A DNA stretch of 64,000 bases from Vicugna vicugna (Eukaryota), in NCBI GenBank assembly GCA_013265495.1, contig MU058844.1, positions 13,476,184-13,540,183 of the forward strand, in the 5' to 3' direction. Positions within the stretch are counted from its first letter, which is position 1. Each line of letters starts with the position of its first letter. The notes under the pieces are model-generated. The model did not search any database and was not told the DNA's origin. It saw nothing but the letters and a program-made list of their open reading frames with translations. Below, in pieces: positions 1 through 12,500 of this stretch. Position numbers and translations under genes: made by a program.

Positions 1-849
1 AATTCATTGTCCTCACACAGAGACGTTTCCTTCGTTAATTCAAGTTTTCATGACAAAGAATGTTTGCTTGAGATTGTAAAAAATATAGGCCAATCAAAGT
101 CATTGTACAAACAGTTGTCTTAATCTGGAATGTTTATGTACAACTGTATAGTACTGTTTTGTGTATATTTAAACAAGCCAGATATTTTAGAAACATGGTA
201 CCTGGTGTACCCTCCAGTTCTTTATCAACTTGGCCAAATCAATTTAAAAGTTATCAGCAGCATATATTAATTACATATCACTATTTATTGATTCTATTAA
301 TACATCTGTGAAACTATCCCTAAGCTTAAATAAAATAAGAACTCATAAAAACAGTTTAGGAAATAATTCAACAAAAAATGTTCCTTTTTTTCCCCCCTTA
401 CAGAAATATGGAATTTTTTGGTCCTTTTAGAAATTCCTGATAGTGAAGAAATGCATAATTAGGGTATTTTCTAATTAATAAATTGACTCACTTTAATTGT
501 CTCCATGTGCAACTAGTTTGACTTGTAAATGAAATGATTAGTAAGATCAGTCAGATAATTGTCAATTCAACATATTTTCTAGTCCTTTTTGAATGAATTA
601 TGTTCTCCCTTAATTAACTATGCCTGAAGGAGACGTATTTTTGTATTCAGCTGTGCCAAATGTCGTTTTAAATTTACCCTGCGTGGCTCTTACCTGGATG
701 GGGCTTTCTGGAACCAAGTGTTAACTGGCCATGGTGGAAGTGCTGGTTACGTCATCCTGATCTTGGCAAAAAATCAAAATTAAGAGATCAAAGATAAGAT
801 TTCGGTATTAGTGAGGGAATAGAATCTAACTTCTATGGAAAACCTACTC

Positions 850-1020
850 TGTGTTAGCCTTTCATGCTAGGTACATGAAATATGTAAGCTCATCTATTTC
901 AGACAAGGAAGAGTTTGTAGCCTACAGATAAGGAAACTTCGAACCTGACACATCTAAAGAGTGGCTGCACCAAGATTCAAATCTATGTCTATTTGGCTCC
1001 AAATATTCTGTTCTTTCTAC
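850..1020 (-). mobile_element. MIR SINE fragment (degenerate)
   Basis: 'cctacagataaggaaact...aagattcaaatctatgtctatttggctccaaa' resembles the reverse complement of the MIR core. Confidence 0.6.
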
Positions 1021-1149
1021 ATGTGCTTGTTAATTCTCCTGCAATGTTTCTTAAAGTGGTAATTCCAAGTTTTTCCATTAGTTTTACTCACTTCTGTTCT
1101 AATTAGAGCCTTTCACACTTTAGATAAGTTCATCTGATCTCTTAAAAAA

Positions 1150-2280
1150 TAGTTGTTTTTCTTCTGAAAGTTGATATATAGTTGCAGAAAACTTGGGAAG
1201 CACAGAGAAATTTAAAAAATAAATATCATATGCTCTTAACAACATAAAAATGACCTCTGTAAATGTTTTGATCTCTTTAATGTCTTTCTCTTCAGTATTT
1301 TTCCTATGGAGTTGAGATTATGTTTCTTCTCCAGTTTTGTATTCTGCTGTGCTTATATATTTTTGTATCATTGTGTGTTTTTTTTTTCCTATTTCACTAA
1401 ATATCCTTTGAAAATGTATTATTTGTATGGTGCAAAGCACTCTTTTGAATAGATATACTAGAATATACTTAATCATCCTCTCCAACATGAATATTATGAT
1501 TTTAATGAACTTATCCTCTTCTTAGCCATATTATAATAAACATACCTCTTTACCCACATTTCTGATTATTTGCTAGAAATACATCCCTATAAGTAGAATC
1601 AATCACTGTATTAAAAACACATATTTTAAAAAGATTTTTGATACATCTTGCCAAATATTGCTGATTGCTCCCCAAAAAAGTTGTAACAATTTGTTCACTT
1701 ATCAATCTTCAACCATCCTACATTCACAAAATAACTACAATTTTGAGAAGGAAAATGGCGGCTAATTATGGTTTTAATTTGAATTTTAGGTTACTAGTGG
1801 GATTGGATCTTTTTTCATATGTTCATTTGTTCTTTCTCACCCACCCCACCCCCTTTTCTTTGGCTTTTTCCTACTAATTTCAGTTGGGTAATGTTTGTTC
1901 CCTCTTTATTTTCTTGAAAGCTTCTTATAAGATTGGAATGATCTGGTTTTTGAATGTTTGTTAAAGTTCACTTGTAAATCCATTTCAGCTGATTTATGTT
2001 TTGTGGGTAGATTTTTAAGTGTTTGTTCAACTTGTTTATGGCTAGAACACAGAAAATATTTTGCGTTAGTTTGGTAAGTTATGTTTTTCCCAGAATATAT
2101 TAATTTCATCGAAGGTTTACATTTTATTGGCACAAAGTTAACTTTTAAGATTTCTTTGGAGATTAAACAGTTTTCCTGTTTTATTTGGCTCTTAGTTTAG
2201 CTTAGAATTTTTATAAGAAACATTAGCTTTTTGGTAGTTGTCTTGTTGTAGGTGGTTAAGCTTACCAATCTTTATTTTCT
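1150..2280 (-). mobile_element. Ancient L1 (L1ME-like) 3' UTR and ORF2 fragments
   Basis: T-rich plus strand with L1 antisense motifs: 'tttttgatacatcttgccaaatattgc', 'gttttaatttgaatt', 'gaatgtttgttaaagttcacttgtaaatccat'. Confidence 0.7.
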
Positions 2281-2423
2281 TTGACAACATAAAAATACAA
2301 GATGTTCTAATCAAGGTTCTCAGTTTTTCTTTCTTCTCTTTTCTTTTTTATGTAATATATAATTTACAAATCTGCTGTGGAATTGGAGGGAAGAGCCTAT
2401 CCCATGAATTGATGGACTATATC

Positions 2424-2847
2424 TGTGTTGATTTACTAAAGCTGCCATAACAAGATATCACAGACTGGTATTTTGGGGGCTTAAATAACAGACTTTTTTA
2501 AACCCCAGTTCTGGGTGCTGGAAGTCTAAAATCAAGATGTTGGCAGGTTTGGTTTCTTCTGGGGCCCCCCTCCTCTGCTGTGGATAGCCGCCTCTTACTG
2601 CTTCTGCGCAAGGTCTACCGTCTTTGTTCATGCATCTGTGGTGTCTCTGTGTGTGTCTTAATTTCTTCTTCTTAGAAGCATACCAGTCAGATTGGATTAG
2701 AGCCCACCCTAATGGCCTCATTTTAACATAATCACCCCTTTAAAGTCCCTGTTTCCAAATACAGTCAGTTCTGAGGTAATGGATTTAGGGATTCAACATA
2801 CGAACAGGGGCAGGACATATAGCCCATACGGCGTATAGCCCATAACA
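2424..2847 (-). mobile_element. MaLR solo LTR, MLT1B-like
   Basis: 'gctgccataacaa...ctggaagtctaaaatcaagatgttggcagg...ttggattagagcccaccctaatggcctcattttaac...cccataaca'. TG...CA ends; small internal duplication of 'tatagcccata' near 2818-2845. Confidence 0.9.
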
Positions 2848-3849
2848 CCATTTTAGAGAGACCTGGTCCCAAAGACTTGTGGATTATCACCCTGGAACCC
2901 TCTTAGAAAAAGCTCCAAGAGAGGTTAAAAACTTGGACCTTCAACAGAAATGCAAAAAAAAAGAAAAAGAAAAAGAACACCCATATTTTCAACATGAGTA
3001 CTTATATTATTCAAAACCTTTATGTTATTTGGTTTTACTACTCCATCTAATATGGACTGATAATAGAATGAAGTCTCTCACTATGATTGTCTGTTGGTTT
3101 CCATGTGAATTTCTAATAGATTCTTTTTATTTCTAATAGGAGGATGCTATATGAATAAGCTCTTAAAAGTGTGTGATGACTAGTTTCAGTTTAGCAGTAA
3201 AAATATGTCATGAAATGCGAGGACTTACCTTTTGATCCAACAAGGATACAGTTAAAAGAAATTCCCTCTGAACTTTGATTCGTGGTCCTCTCATATCTTC
3301 ACTCTTCACTGTTCTTTCGAGTTTTAAACTCTCATTGTGTTTTTTTCATAGGAATTTTAGTGGGTGGCTCGTAGGCATAGTCAGGCATGTCTGGTCTACT
3401 TTTTTGTTTAGCCAAAAATCCTTTATCTGATACCTACTAAAGTGACCAGTGCCATCTGGATATATAATGACTGCTTCTTCTATCTTGCCATCACCATATT
3501 ATCTCCTAGTTTTTATTGTAACTATTCTTTCCTTTTTTCCCTGACTCAGAGGATTACTAAAACTAAACCCTTTACCGACATTCCTTTGGCTGTTCCCTCC
3601 CACCTCCCAGGACACTGTTCTCAACTGCAGGGTTTAGGTCTCCTAGGAACCAGTAAACATTCTTCTGGGGAGCAGAAAAAAATGCTAGAACTACTAATTG
3701 TATTTATTTTTACGTCACCTCAAATTGTTTTTGTTTATGTCCTATAATTACATTCTATGATAGTCTATAATGCATAATTACATAGTACAGGTATAATTTA
3801 CCAATAAATAAGCACACAGGCAAATGGTTTTTATTGAATGAACAGAAGT

Positions 3850-4280
3850 CATCCGGGTGTGCCACAGATCTGATGATTAGTGTGGGAAGTTTATCAGGGA
3901 GTGTTCTCAGGATCAACACCTGTGGGGGTTGAAGGGGCCAGGACTGCACCATGGTTCTCCCCTGGGGAAGATTTTGTACCCCAGGATATATTTTGCAACA
4001 TCTGGAGATATCTGGGCATCTAGTGAGTAGAGGCCAAGGATGCTGTTAAATATTCTGCAACACGCAGGGTAGCCCTCAAAACAAAGAATTATTCAGCTCA
4101 GAGTGTCAATGATGCTGCATTTGAGAAGCCCTGAGGGAGGAGAAGCAGCTGGTGGCAGTCAGAGTCAAGGCTTCGTTTCGTTCAGTAGGGAGCTGTGGGG
4201 AGGGGAGGGTCCTTCACAGGGTCCTACATGGATCAGTCATTGGACACAGGCTGCCTCCAAGCAGGAGGCAAGACCTGAGG
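3850..4280 (-). mobile_element. ERVL-type LTR fragment (LTR16/LTR33-like), interrupted by MER20
   Basis: 'gggagtgttctcaggatcaacacctgtgggg' and 'cagtcattggacacaggctgcc' lie either side of the MER20. Confidence 0.65.
3949..4133 (+). mobile_element. MER20 (hAT-Charlie non-autonomous DNA transposon)
   Basis: 'ggcatctagtgagtagaggccaaggatgctgttaaat...acaaagaattatt...gtcaatgatgc...tgagaagccctg' matches the MER20 consensus. Confidence 0.85.
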
Positions 4281-4315
4281 AATGGCACGTTGTTAAGAGC
4301 TGTACAAACGCCTGA

Positions 4316-5062
4316 GTAGGTGTTCTTTTGCGTATGGCTTCTTTTGCTCAGCATTATATTTGTGACGTTCATGTTATTGTTGCTTGCAGCTGTGGTTAAT
4401 TTCTTTTTATTGCTGTTCCACTACATGTTTATATCACATATGATTTATCCATTCCACTCTAGGTGAACTTTTGAGATGTTTCTAATTTTTGCCTATTACA
4501 AATAATGCTGCTGTGAACTTTCTTACTCAGATGTGCGTGTGTTTATGTTGGGTATATATCTAGCAGTGCAAGTGCTTTGTCATTGGTTTTACATGTTTTT
4601 CAACTTTAGTAGATAATGGCAAATAGTCTTCCAAAGTGGTTGAACCAACTTCCACTCTCACCAGAAGTGTATGAGTGTTCCCATTGTTCCGTGTCCTTGT
4701 GAACACCTGGTCTTATCAATCTTTTTAATGTTACCATTTTGATGGGTTTATAGTGGTACCACAAAGATACCAGTTGCATTTTCCTGATTACTGATGAGGT
4801 CATTGTGTGTTCTTGAATCATTTGGAGATCGTATTTTGTGTAAACCTGTTTAAGTCTCTATTTTTCTGTGTTGCCCATTCTTTTCCTTAATGATTTAGAC
4901 TTCATTATTCTGCCTGTAGCCCCTTTATTAGTTATATGTTTTGCAAGGATCTTTTCTAATTTTCATATTCTTAAAGTCTTTTCATGAAGAGAAATTGTTC
5001 ATTTTAATGTAATCCAAATTCTTCATGTCTTTCTACATAGTATTATTTCCTGTTTAAGAAAT
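4316..5062 (-). mobile_element. Old L1 3' UTR/ORF2 end (L1M-type)
   Basis: 'tggcttcttttgctcagcatta', 'ttacaaataatgctgctgtgaac', 'ttccaaagtggttgaaccaacttccactctcaccag'. Continues after the insertion at ~5960. Confidence 0.85.
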
Positions 5063-5277
5063 GGACTAAGAAATGAAGAGGTACAAACTTTCAGTGACTA
5101 ACTGAGTCACAAGGATGTGATGTACATTGTGGAGAATATAATCAATAATGTAATATCTTTCTATGGTGACAGATGGTCACTAGATTTATCATGATGACCA
5201 TTGTGTAGTGTATAGAAACATTAAATCACTATGTTGTGCACAGGAACTAATTTAGTGTTGAAAGACAATTATCCTTC

Positions 5278-5308
<31 letters not shown>

Positions 5309-5961
5309 GGGAAAAAAGAAACAGAATTGGGAGNNNNNNNNNNNNNNNNNNNNNNNNNNNNNNNNNNNNNNNNNNNNNNNNNNNNNNNNNNNNNNNNNNN
5401 NNNNNNNNNNNNNNNNNNNNNNNNNNNNNNNNNNNNNNNNNNNNNNNNNNNNNNNNNNNNNNNNNNNNNNNNNNNNNNNNNNNNNNNNNNNNNNNNNNNN
5501 NNNNNNNNNNTATCCTTCAAAAAAAAAAAAAAACAACAACAAACTCATTGGAAAAAGAGATCAGATTTGGGGTTATCAGAGGCAGGAGGCTGGGGGAGGG
5601 AGAATTGGATGAAGGTGGCCAAAAGGTGCAAACATCCAGTTATAAGGTATATAAGCACTAGGGATGTAATGCACACATTATTAATGTCATTGACACTGCT
5701 GTATATTATAATATGAAAGTTGTTAAGAGAATAACTCCCATGAATTATCGTCACAAGGAAAAAATTTTTTTTTCTTTTTCTTTTCTTTTGTCTCTGTATG
5801 AGATGATGGATGTTCACTAAACTGTCGTGGTAAAAATTTCATGACGTAGGTAAGCAAATCATTATGCTGTACACCTTAGACTTATACAGTGCTGTGTGTC
5901 AGTTATGTCTCAAGGAAACCAGAAGAATAATTAATTAATTGATTTTTTAAAATAAATAAAT
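5063..5961 (+). mobile_element. Younger L1 3' UTR (laurasiatherian L1MA-derived type) inserted into the older antisense L1; spans the N-gap
   Basis: 'gaggtacaaactttcag...tatggtgacagatggt...ctatgttgtgcacaggaactaa' and 'aaaaggtgcaaacatccagttataag...gctgtacaccttagacttatacagtgctgtgtgtcagtta', then an A-rich tail. Confidence 0.85.
5334..5510. other. Assembly gap (177 N)
   Basis: Run of n seen directly. Confidence 1.
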
Positions 5962-7105
5962 AGCCTAGGTGATAAAAATATTCTATATGGTCCTCTAGAT
6001 ACTTTATTGTACTGTCATACTTAGATCTACAGCCTACTTGGAATTGATTTTTATGTATGATGGAAGGCAGAGAGTTAAGATTTTATTTTGTTTTAAAACA
6101 AATGACCAATTTAGCCAGAATAACTTATTCAAAATATTGACTTTTCTTTATCGTTCTTCATGCCTATTTTGCTGAGTATCATGTACGTAAGTGCAAAGTC
6201 CTTTCCTTTTTTTATTGTGTTTTACTAGTATATTTGTCCATTTTTTTGTTGTTATTATAAGTCTTGATATCTGTAGAGGAAATCATCTGACCTTGTTTTT
6301 CTCCCTCAAGAGAGTGAGTATTGATGGTTTTTGGCCCCTGGACATTTTCATTAAAATTTTGCAATCAGCGTGTCAAATTCCACAAAGGGTACTGTTTGTA
6401 TCTTGATTGGAGAAAGCAGATATCTTTGTAATGTTGAAACTTGCAGTCATGTACAATGTGTAACTTTCCATTTACATCATTTTTAACTTATCTCAATATT
6501 TTATAATTGTCTGTAAAAAATACACATCTAATTCCAAGAGAATTTTTATTTTTTCTTTAAAAAAATTATCACTTAAATTTTTTTATTTTTCTCACCTTTT
6601 ATTACTGGCACATAGAAATGCCATTAATTTTTGTATAGTGACTTTATATTCAGCAAATTTGTTAAACTTACTTATTAATTCTGAATAACGTCTAAATATT
6701 TTGGATTTTTAATTTACATAGTCATACCCACAAATAATAAAATTTTATTTTTTTAGTCCAGTGCTCATGCCTTTTATTTCTATGGTTAAAATTTTTTTGT
6801 CTTATTAAACTCACTAGTACTTCCAGAGCAGTGTGGAATAAAATTGATGACAGTGAGAAACTTTGTCTTATGCCCTATCTCAAAAGGAAAGCTCTAAAAT
6901 AATCCCCCTTAAGTAGATTTTGCTATCGACTGTGTATGCATGTGCCTGCATGGGTAATTTAGTTTAAGAAAGTTCCCTTCAATTCTTAGTTTTCTAAGAG
7001 TTTTATAATGAATAGATCTTGCATTTTAAAAATGTTTTTCTGCAACTATTGAGTTGAATTGCTTTATTTTTCTTATTCTGTTAATTGGACATTATGTCAT
7101 TTGAC
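5962..7105 (-). mobile_element. Old L1 ORF2 remnant (continuation)
   Basis: 'ttggaattgatttttatgtatga', 'atttttgtatagtgactttatattcagcaa', 'gtttaagaaagttcccttcaattcttagttt'. Confidence 0.85.
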
Positions 7106-8480
7106 TTTTAAGTTTTCCAACATTTTAAACATACAGAGAAATTGGAAAATGTTACCGTTTTGCTAACTTGCTCTGTTAGATCCATCCATTATCCATTCAT
7201 TAATCCATTTTGTCTATTAATTTCTGAGTAAATTTCAGATTCTTTCAGATTCATAAACTTCCTCCTGAAGACTTCACTATGTGTATCAACAACTAAAGTT
7301 TAATGTTTTTTCAGTTTTCTTTGGTTTAACATACAATTAAATGCACAAATATTAAATGTATCACTTAATGAGCTTTGAAAATATGTATTCACCTGAGTAA
7401 CCCAAAATCTTATCAAGATATAAAACATTCACGTAACCTCAAAAAGTTGCCTTATGTCCCTGCACCATCAGTCTCTGCCTTTACACTTCCAGAAGGAACA
7501 CCGTTCTGATTTTTTGCCACAATAGATTAGTTTTAAATCTTCTGGAACGTCATATAAGTGAAGGCACATGCTACGTACTCTCTTGCCTAAGGTTTATTTT
7601 TTCAGCATAATTTGGAAATTTATACATGATATTGAGTATATCAGTGGTTTTTGTTACTTTTTGCTTGTTGAGTAATATCCCCTGAATGTATTACATTATG
7701 TTTATTCTTTCTCCTTTTGATGGACACCTGGGCTGTTTCCAGTTTTGCAATATTACAAATGCTGTTATGAACATTCTTCTACAAGTCTTTACAGAGACAA
7801 TACTTTTTATTTCTTTTGAGTAAATACCTAGGAGTAGTATTGCTAGGTTATAGCATAGGTATATGTTTATTCTATGAGAACAGCCAGACAATTTTCAATG
7901 GTTATACCGTTTACATCCCCACCAACCTTAGGAGTGTTCTGATTGTTTCACATTCTCGCCAACATTTGGTGGTGTCAGGTTTTTAAATTTTTGCCATTCG
8001 GGTGATCATATAGTAAAATTTCACTGTGGCTTAAATTTGCATTTCCCATATGGATAATTAAGAGTATTTTCATACATTAATTGACCATTGGTATATCTTG
8101 TTTTATGAATTGTCTGTCCAAATCTTTTGTCTGTTTCTTAATAGGTTGTATGTCTTCTTAATACTGAGAATCTTTTATATATTCTAGATGCTAGTTTGCA
8201 AATATTTTTTCCCAGTCCATACATAGTCTATTCATTTCTTAATAGTGTCTTTTGATAAGCAGAAGTTTTGGATGCAGTATAATTTATCAATTTTATCTAG
8301 TTGATACTGCATTCTTTGGCTTAACTGTATTCTCCTAGCTTTTGTTCTGAAAGCTCCATGATTTTAGGTTTTATATTTAGGTTTATGATAGGCCTCAAAT
8401 TAACATTTGGATGTGGTGTAACATAGGGAGTGATGTTCAGCATTTTCTATATCCAGTTGTTCTAGCACCATTTGGTGAAA
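7106..8480 (-). mobile_element. L1MB/L1MC-type 3' end and ORF2 tail
   Basis: 'cattttaaacatacagagaaattgg', 'tcaagatataaaacatt', 'gatggacacctgggctgtttccagttttg', 'taaatacctaggagt', 'tccagttgttctagcaccatttg'. Confidence 0.85.
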
Positions 8481-8489
8481 AATATTTCA

Positions 8490-8960
8490 TCACCCAGTAT
8501 GTTATATTAACGTTTAATGTAATTGTTGACTTGGTTGGATTTAGGTCTACCATTTCGTTTTCTGTTTTCCATCTGTCTCCTCTGTTTTCCTTTCCTATTT
8601 TCCTTTGCTTATTTGAATAATTTTTAGAATTTCATTTTAATTTACTTACTGACTTTTTGGGGATACCTCTTTGGCTTCATTTTTATTGGCTGCAGTAGGA
8701 ATTAAAAAATACATCCTTAACTTTTTACAGCATATTTATAAAGTAAATATTATATCACTTCACATTACATAGCAGTTTTGTAACAATAGGGTATATTTCC
8801 ATTTATCCCCACTCAGTCCTTTATGTTATAATTTTCATTTGTATTACATATTTTTTTTTCTAAACCCTATAAGACAATGTTTCAAATTTTGGTTAAACAA
8901 TGATATGTATTTTAAAGAAATTAAAAGAAAAAATGTTTTGTATTTACCTACATGGCCAAT
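8490..8960 (-). mobile_element. Old L1 internal fragment
   Basis: 'tttaatgtaattgttgacttggttggatttaggtctaccattt' is a typical antisense L1M internal sequence. Confidence 0.7.
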
Positions 8961-10595
8961 CAATTCTAAGATCTGTCAAGTCTTTCTTTGAAAGTGTATT
9001 TTATAGCATTGTGTTTCTCTTCATTCTATTGTCTTGTTTGTCCCTACAATACCTCATGAATAAATGATATCTGCTAACGAATCACCTTTCCTTCAAACTC
9101 CCTGTTCTCAAATTTCCTCTCCCAAACATTGTAATGAGAAATGAGGTGGCAAGGAGGAGTCCCTGAGCTCTCCTTTGCAGTAGAAAATGAAAGTCAATAT
9201 GTAAAATCTAATCCACTGAATGGCCTCAGACTAGAGCCTGCCTTAAGACGATTTTATATTCTATGCATTGCCTTTTGTTGGGCCTTGCACAAAGAAAGCA
9301 TTCAATGAATATTTATTAGATTGTTGGATGAACAAAGAAAGTCCTTTTTTTCTTACCCACAATGAAGGAGAACCTGTGTTACTGAAACAAAGTTATCACT
9401 CTGAAAACCAATAAGGACAACTAACAAGAGATGTATGTATTGCTTCTCAGTGCATAAACAATAAACAAACAATAGTACTTCATTTTGTACATAAAATAAA
9501 AAATGATTGTAGCCAGTTAAGAGATTGGAAAGGGGATGAAAACTTATAAATCTTCCAGAAATCTATCATATATCATGTGTCATGTCATATCATATCACTC
9601 AATCACGAGGCAGTTTAATTGCAGAATGAAGAAAGCTAGAAGTTGACTTTTTTAAGGACATTAAATTATCACCTAGCATTATTGTCACAAGCATAGTGTC
9701 AGCTTACGAATAAAACAGTACCTGTTTTATTTTCTAAAATATACGAACTGAGATGCCAAATGGTCTTTACTTTTTTTCCCTTTTTAGTTCTTGTTTTCTT
9801 TTTGTGGAAGCAGGTACATTTTATGCTCATTCAGCTAAAATAAACTGCTGAACTTACAAACTGAGAGGAGCCTCCTTGAAACAACAGTTAGGTGGGGGGG
9901 CGGCAGGTCTCAGATGAACCCAACAGCTGGATTCCTACAACTGTGACCTGTTACGAGAAATGAGCTATGAGGAGCTAAAGAGAAAAGGAGGACAGTTTAA
10001 TTAAAACTGGCTTAGGATGGAAACCTTAATGAATTGCAGTCCCGGGGCAGAGCAGATCTAGAGACCCCCAAACCCTAAGGGAGCCGTCAATAATAAAGTT
10101 GCAATTATCCGAACGGATTGCTCACCCTGAGACTTAACTTCTTTCTGATAGTGTCACGTGTTGTTTCCCAGGGCATAATGATTTGGCAGAGAAATAACCT
10201 GGGCAGAGTGTGCTGAAAATAGCTGCTTTATAATTACATTGCTACTTTCTGTAAATCTGATGATGAGGTAATAGCTGATATGCAAAAATTAATCATGCAT
10301 TTAGAGAGTTCTATATTAAATGTCACATGAGTAAAATTTCCACTCAGTAGATACAACCTCTGGGAAACTGAGTTCAAAAAACTAATTATGGATAAAAGAA
10401 ACCAGACTTGCCTTTAAGTCTACAGTGCCATTCTCATTAGATCAAGGGGAAATTTTCAGTCTACTGAAAGGACACAGCCTCATGCTTCCCCTGCAGTGTC
10501 CTGAAGGGACCTGAGGGGTGGCTGGAGGCTGAGTGATCATTCGGGGAGTCTTGCGGGAGTCCCATGTGTTCATCTTGTTGTTAATTAAAAGCTCC

Positions 10596-11081
10596 TGAGT
10601 TAGTTTGCTACGCTTCTGTAACAAATTGCTACCAACTAAGCATTATCATAATAAAGTCTATTATTTTACAGTTCTGGAGATAAGATGTCTAAAATGCGTC
10701 CACAGGGCAACATTACTTCCGGGGAGAATCCATTTTCTTGCCTTTTCTGTCTTTAGGGGTTGTCTTCACTCCTTGACTTGTGGTTCCTTCTCCCATCTTA
10801 AATGCCAGTGGCATATCATCTTCTTTCCCCTATGACCTCGGCTTCCACCCTCACATCTCTGACTCTGAGCCTCCTACCTCCTTCTTATAAGAACCCTTGT
10901 AACTACATGAGCCCGCCCGGACAATCCAGGATCAGCCCCCATCTCAGAATCCTTAACTTAAGCGTGCCTGTAAGATCTCTTTTACCAAGGAAGGTCACAA
11001 ATTCTCAGATATCATATCATATTCACAGGTCCTGGAGACAGAGTGTGAACATCTTGAAGGACAATTATTCAGCTTTTTCTA
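10596..11081 (-). mobile_element. MaLR solo LTR, MLT1C/D-like
   Basis: 'ttacagttctggag', 'ggggagaatccattttcttgccttttc', 'ttataagaacccttgtaactacat', 'acaatccaggat...ccatctcagaatccttaactta'. Confidence 0.85.
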
Positions 11082-11179
11082 CCTCCCAAAAGGGCAAAAT
11101 GACTTGCAGTAAAAATTGGTGACTTTTAGGAACCAAGGTACAGTGTTCTGGTATTTTCTACTTCCTTGAAGTTATGATA

Positions 11180-11545
11180 GCTGCATCCATTTGGTTGTGT
11201 CAGAAAAACCCTACAGAGAGGATTCAATAAGGTAAGGCATTTACCTGTCTCAGACAACAGGGAGCTCATGCATAGGCAGTCCACGGTTTCTCATCTTTTT
11301 CTTCTTTTCCTGCTCTGTCATCCTTATGGGACCTCAGGCATCCTCCTAGCTTTACAGGCAGGAGAAAGAAAAGCAGAAGAGGCAGCACTAGCAGGATTCC
11401 ACTTATGTCCTGTTCTCCAGAACCAAATAGCAGGGCCCCCCTGCCAGGCAGGCTGAGAAGATGGGTTTTTCACCTTCTGATTTCTGCTTTGGAGGAAAGC
11501 AAACATGAAGGGGGTTGAGTCAACAACCTGCCATATTGTCTACAA
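11180..11545 (-). mobile_element. Old MaLR LTR (MLT1J/K-like), degenerate
   Basis: Layout 'ttggttgtgtcagaaaaaccc...tctcagacaacagg...ggcagtcca...caggcaggaga'. Confidence 0.45.
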
Positions 11546-11644
11546 AAACCAAGCAGAATTCTAAGCCTCTAAGTTCTGCCACACCTTACCAATCAGTGAC
11601 TGGATAAAACCAGCTGTCTTGTGTTATTTTAAATATGTCCTCCT

Positions 11645-11783
11645 GGGGGAAGGGTATTGCTTAGTGGTAGAGTGCATGCTTAGCATGCAGGAGGTCCTGG
11701 GTTCAATGCCCGGTACCTCCATTAAATAACTAAATAAAAATAAATCTAATTACCTCCCCTGCCTATTTTTAAATATTAAAAAA
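11645..11783 (+). mobile_element. tRNA-Ala-derived SINE (camelid Vic-1-like)
   Basis: A box 'ttgcttagtgg', anticodon arm 'catgcttagcatgcag', B box 'ggttcaatgcc', then an A-rich tail with 'ctaattacctccc'. TSD 'gtcctcct' at 11637-11644 and 11784-11791. Confidence 0.92.
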
Positions 11784-12039
11784 GTCCTCCTGCTCACCCA
11801 ATTTTCCACAAGAGTCCCCAGTAGGCAACTAAAAATAACCAGTGTGTTCACACATTCCCCCAAACTGATGATTTTTAAAGTTATTTAAACAGACCCCAAT
11901 GATAGTTATGCTGTAATTTTCTTCTAAGAAAATTAGCTGATTTAAAATATATATATATTTCAGTGACTGAATCATCAGATCATCTCATCACTTTGTAAGA
12001 AGAACCTCTTACAGTGCACACCACTTTTCTTTTCCCCTT

Positions 12040-12500
12040 CCCCGGCACAATGGCGGGGGTACTCAGGGCAGCCATCCTGTCCATGTCCATGGTCTCGGTC
12101 CACAGTTGTTAGGCTGGGTCAAAAATCCCATTCTCCTCTCTGGACCCTTCTCCTAAGCCAGAGTTGATGCATTTAAGAATGGACAACTGAAGAACACTAG
12201 CCAGTCTTTTCAAATTGGGACTGAGAGAGAATCAGTCTCTCTCTGGTTGGCTGAATTATGACGCATAAATCAGTGAGCTCTGGATCTCCATGTTTCATAT
12301 GGTGACTGAGAAGCGTATGAAGCTAGTCTTCAGAGGAAATCTGCGAAGCAGAAGGGCAGACAGAGCACAGACAAAACCCTGCTTCTAGATCATTCTCAGG
12401 GCCCAGCCATATTCCTGTGCTCTGTTCGGTTACTGGCCTTTAGTTATTGTGAGAATACTGGGGTTAGTTCAATGTAGTGCTCTATCATTTACAACCATAT
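12040..12500 (+). mobile_element. Old MaLR LTR (MLT1K/L-like), degenerate
   Basis: 'attgggactgagagagaatcagtctctctct', ending 'tctatcatttacaacca'. Confidence 0.5.

Noticed and set aside
383..460. Splice acceptor 'ttttcccccttacag' as the start of a coding exon
   Set aside because: Downstream sequence is AT-rich with early stops and no convincing donor.
5231..5817. ORFs spanning or adjoining the N-run
   Set aside because: They are artefacts of the gap and poly-A within an L1 3' UTR.
11645..11721. Functional tRNA-Ala gene (likewise at 25565, 51800 and 56955)
   Set aside because: Mismatched stems, CpG decay, A-rich tails and TSDs in two of the copies identify these as SINE copies.
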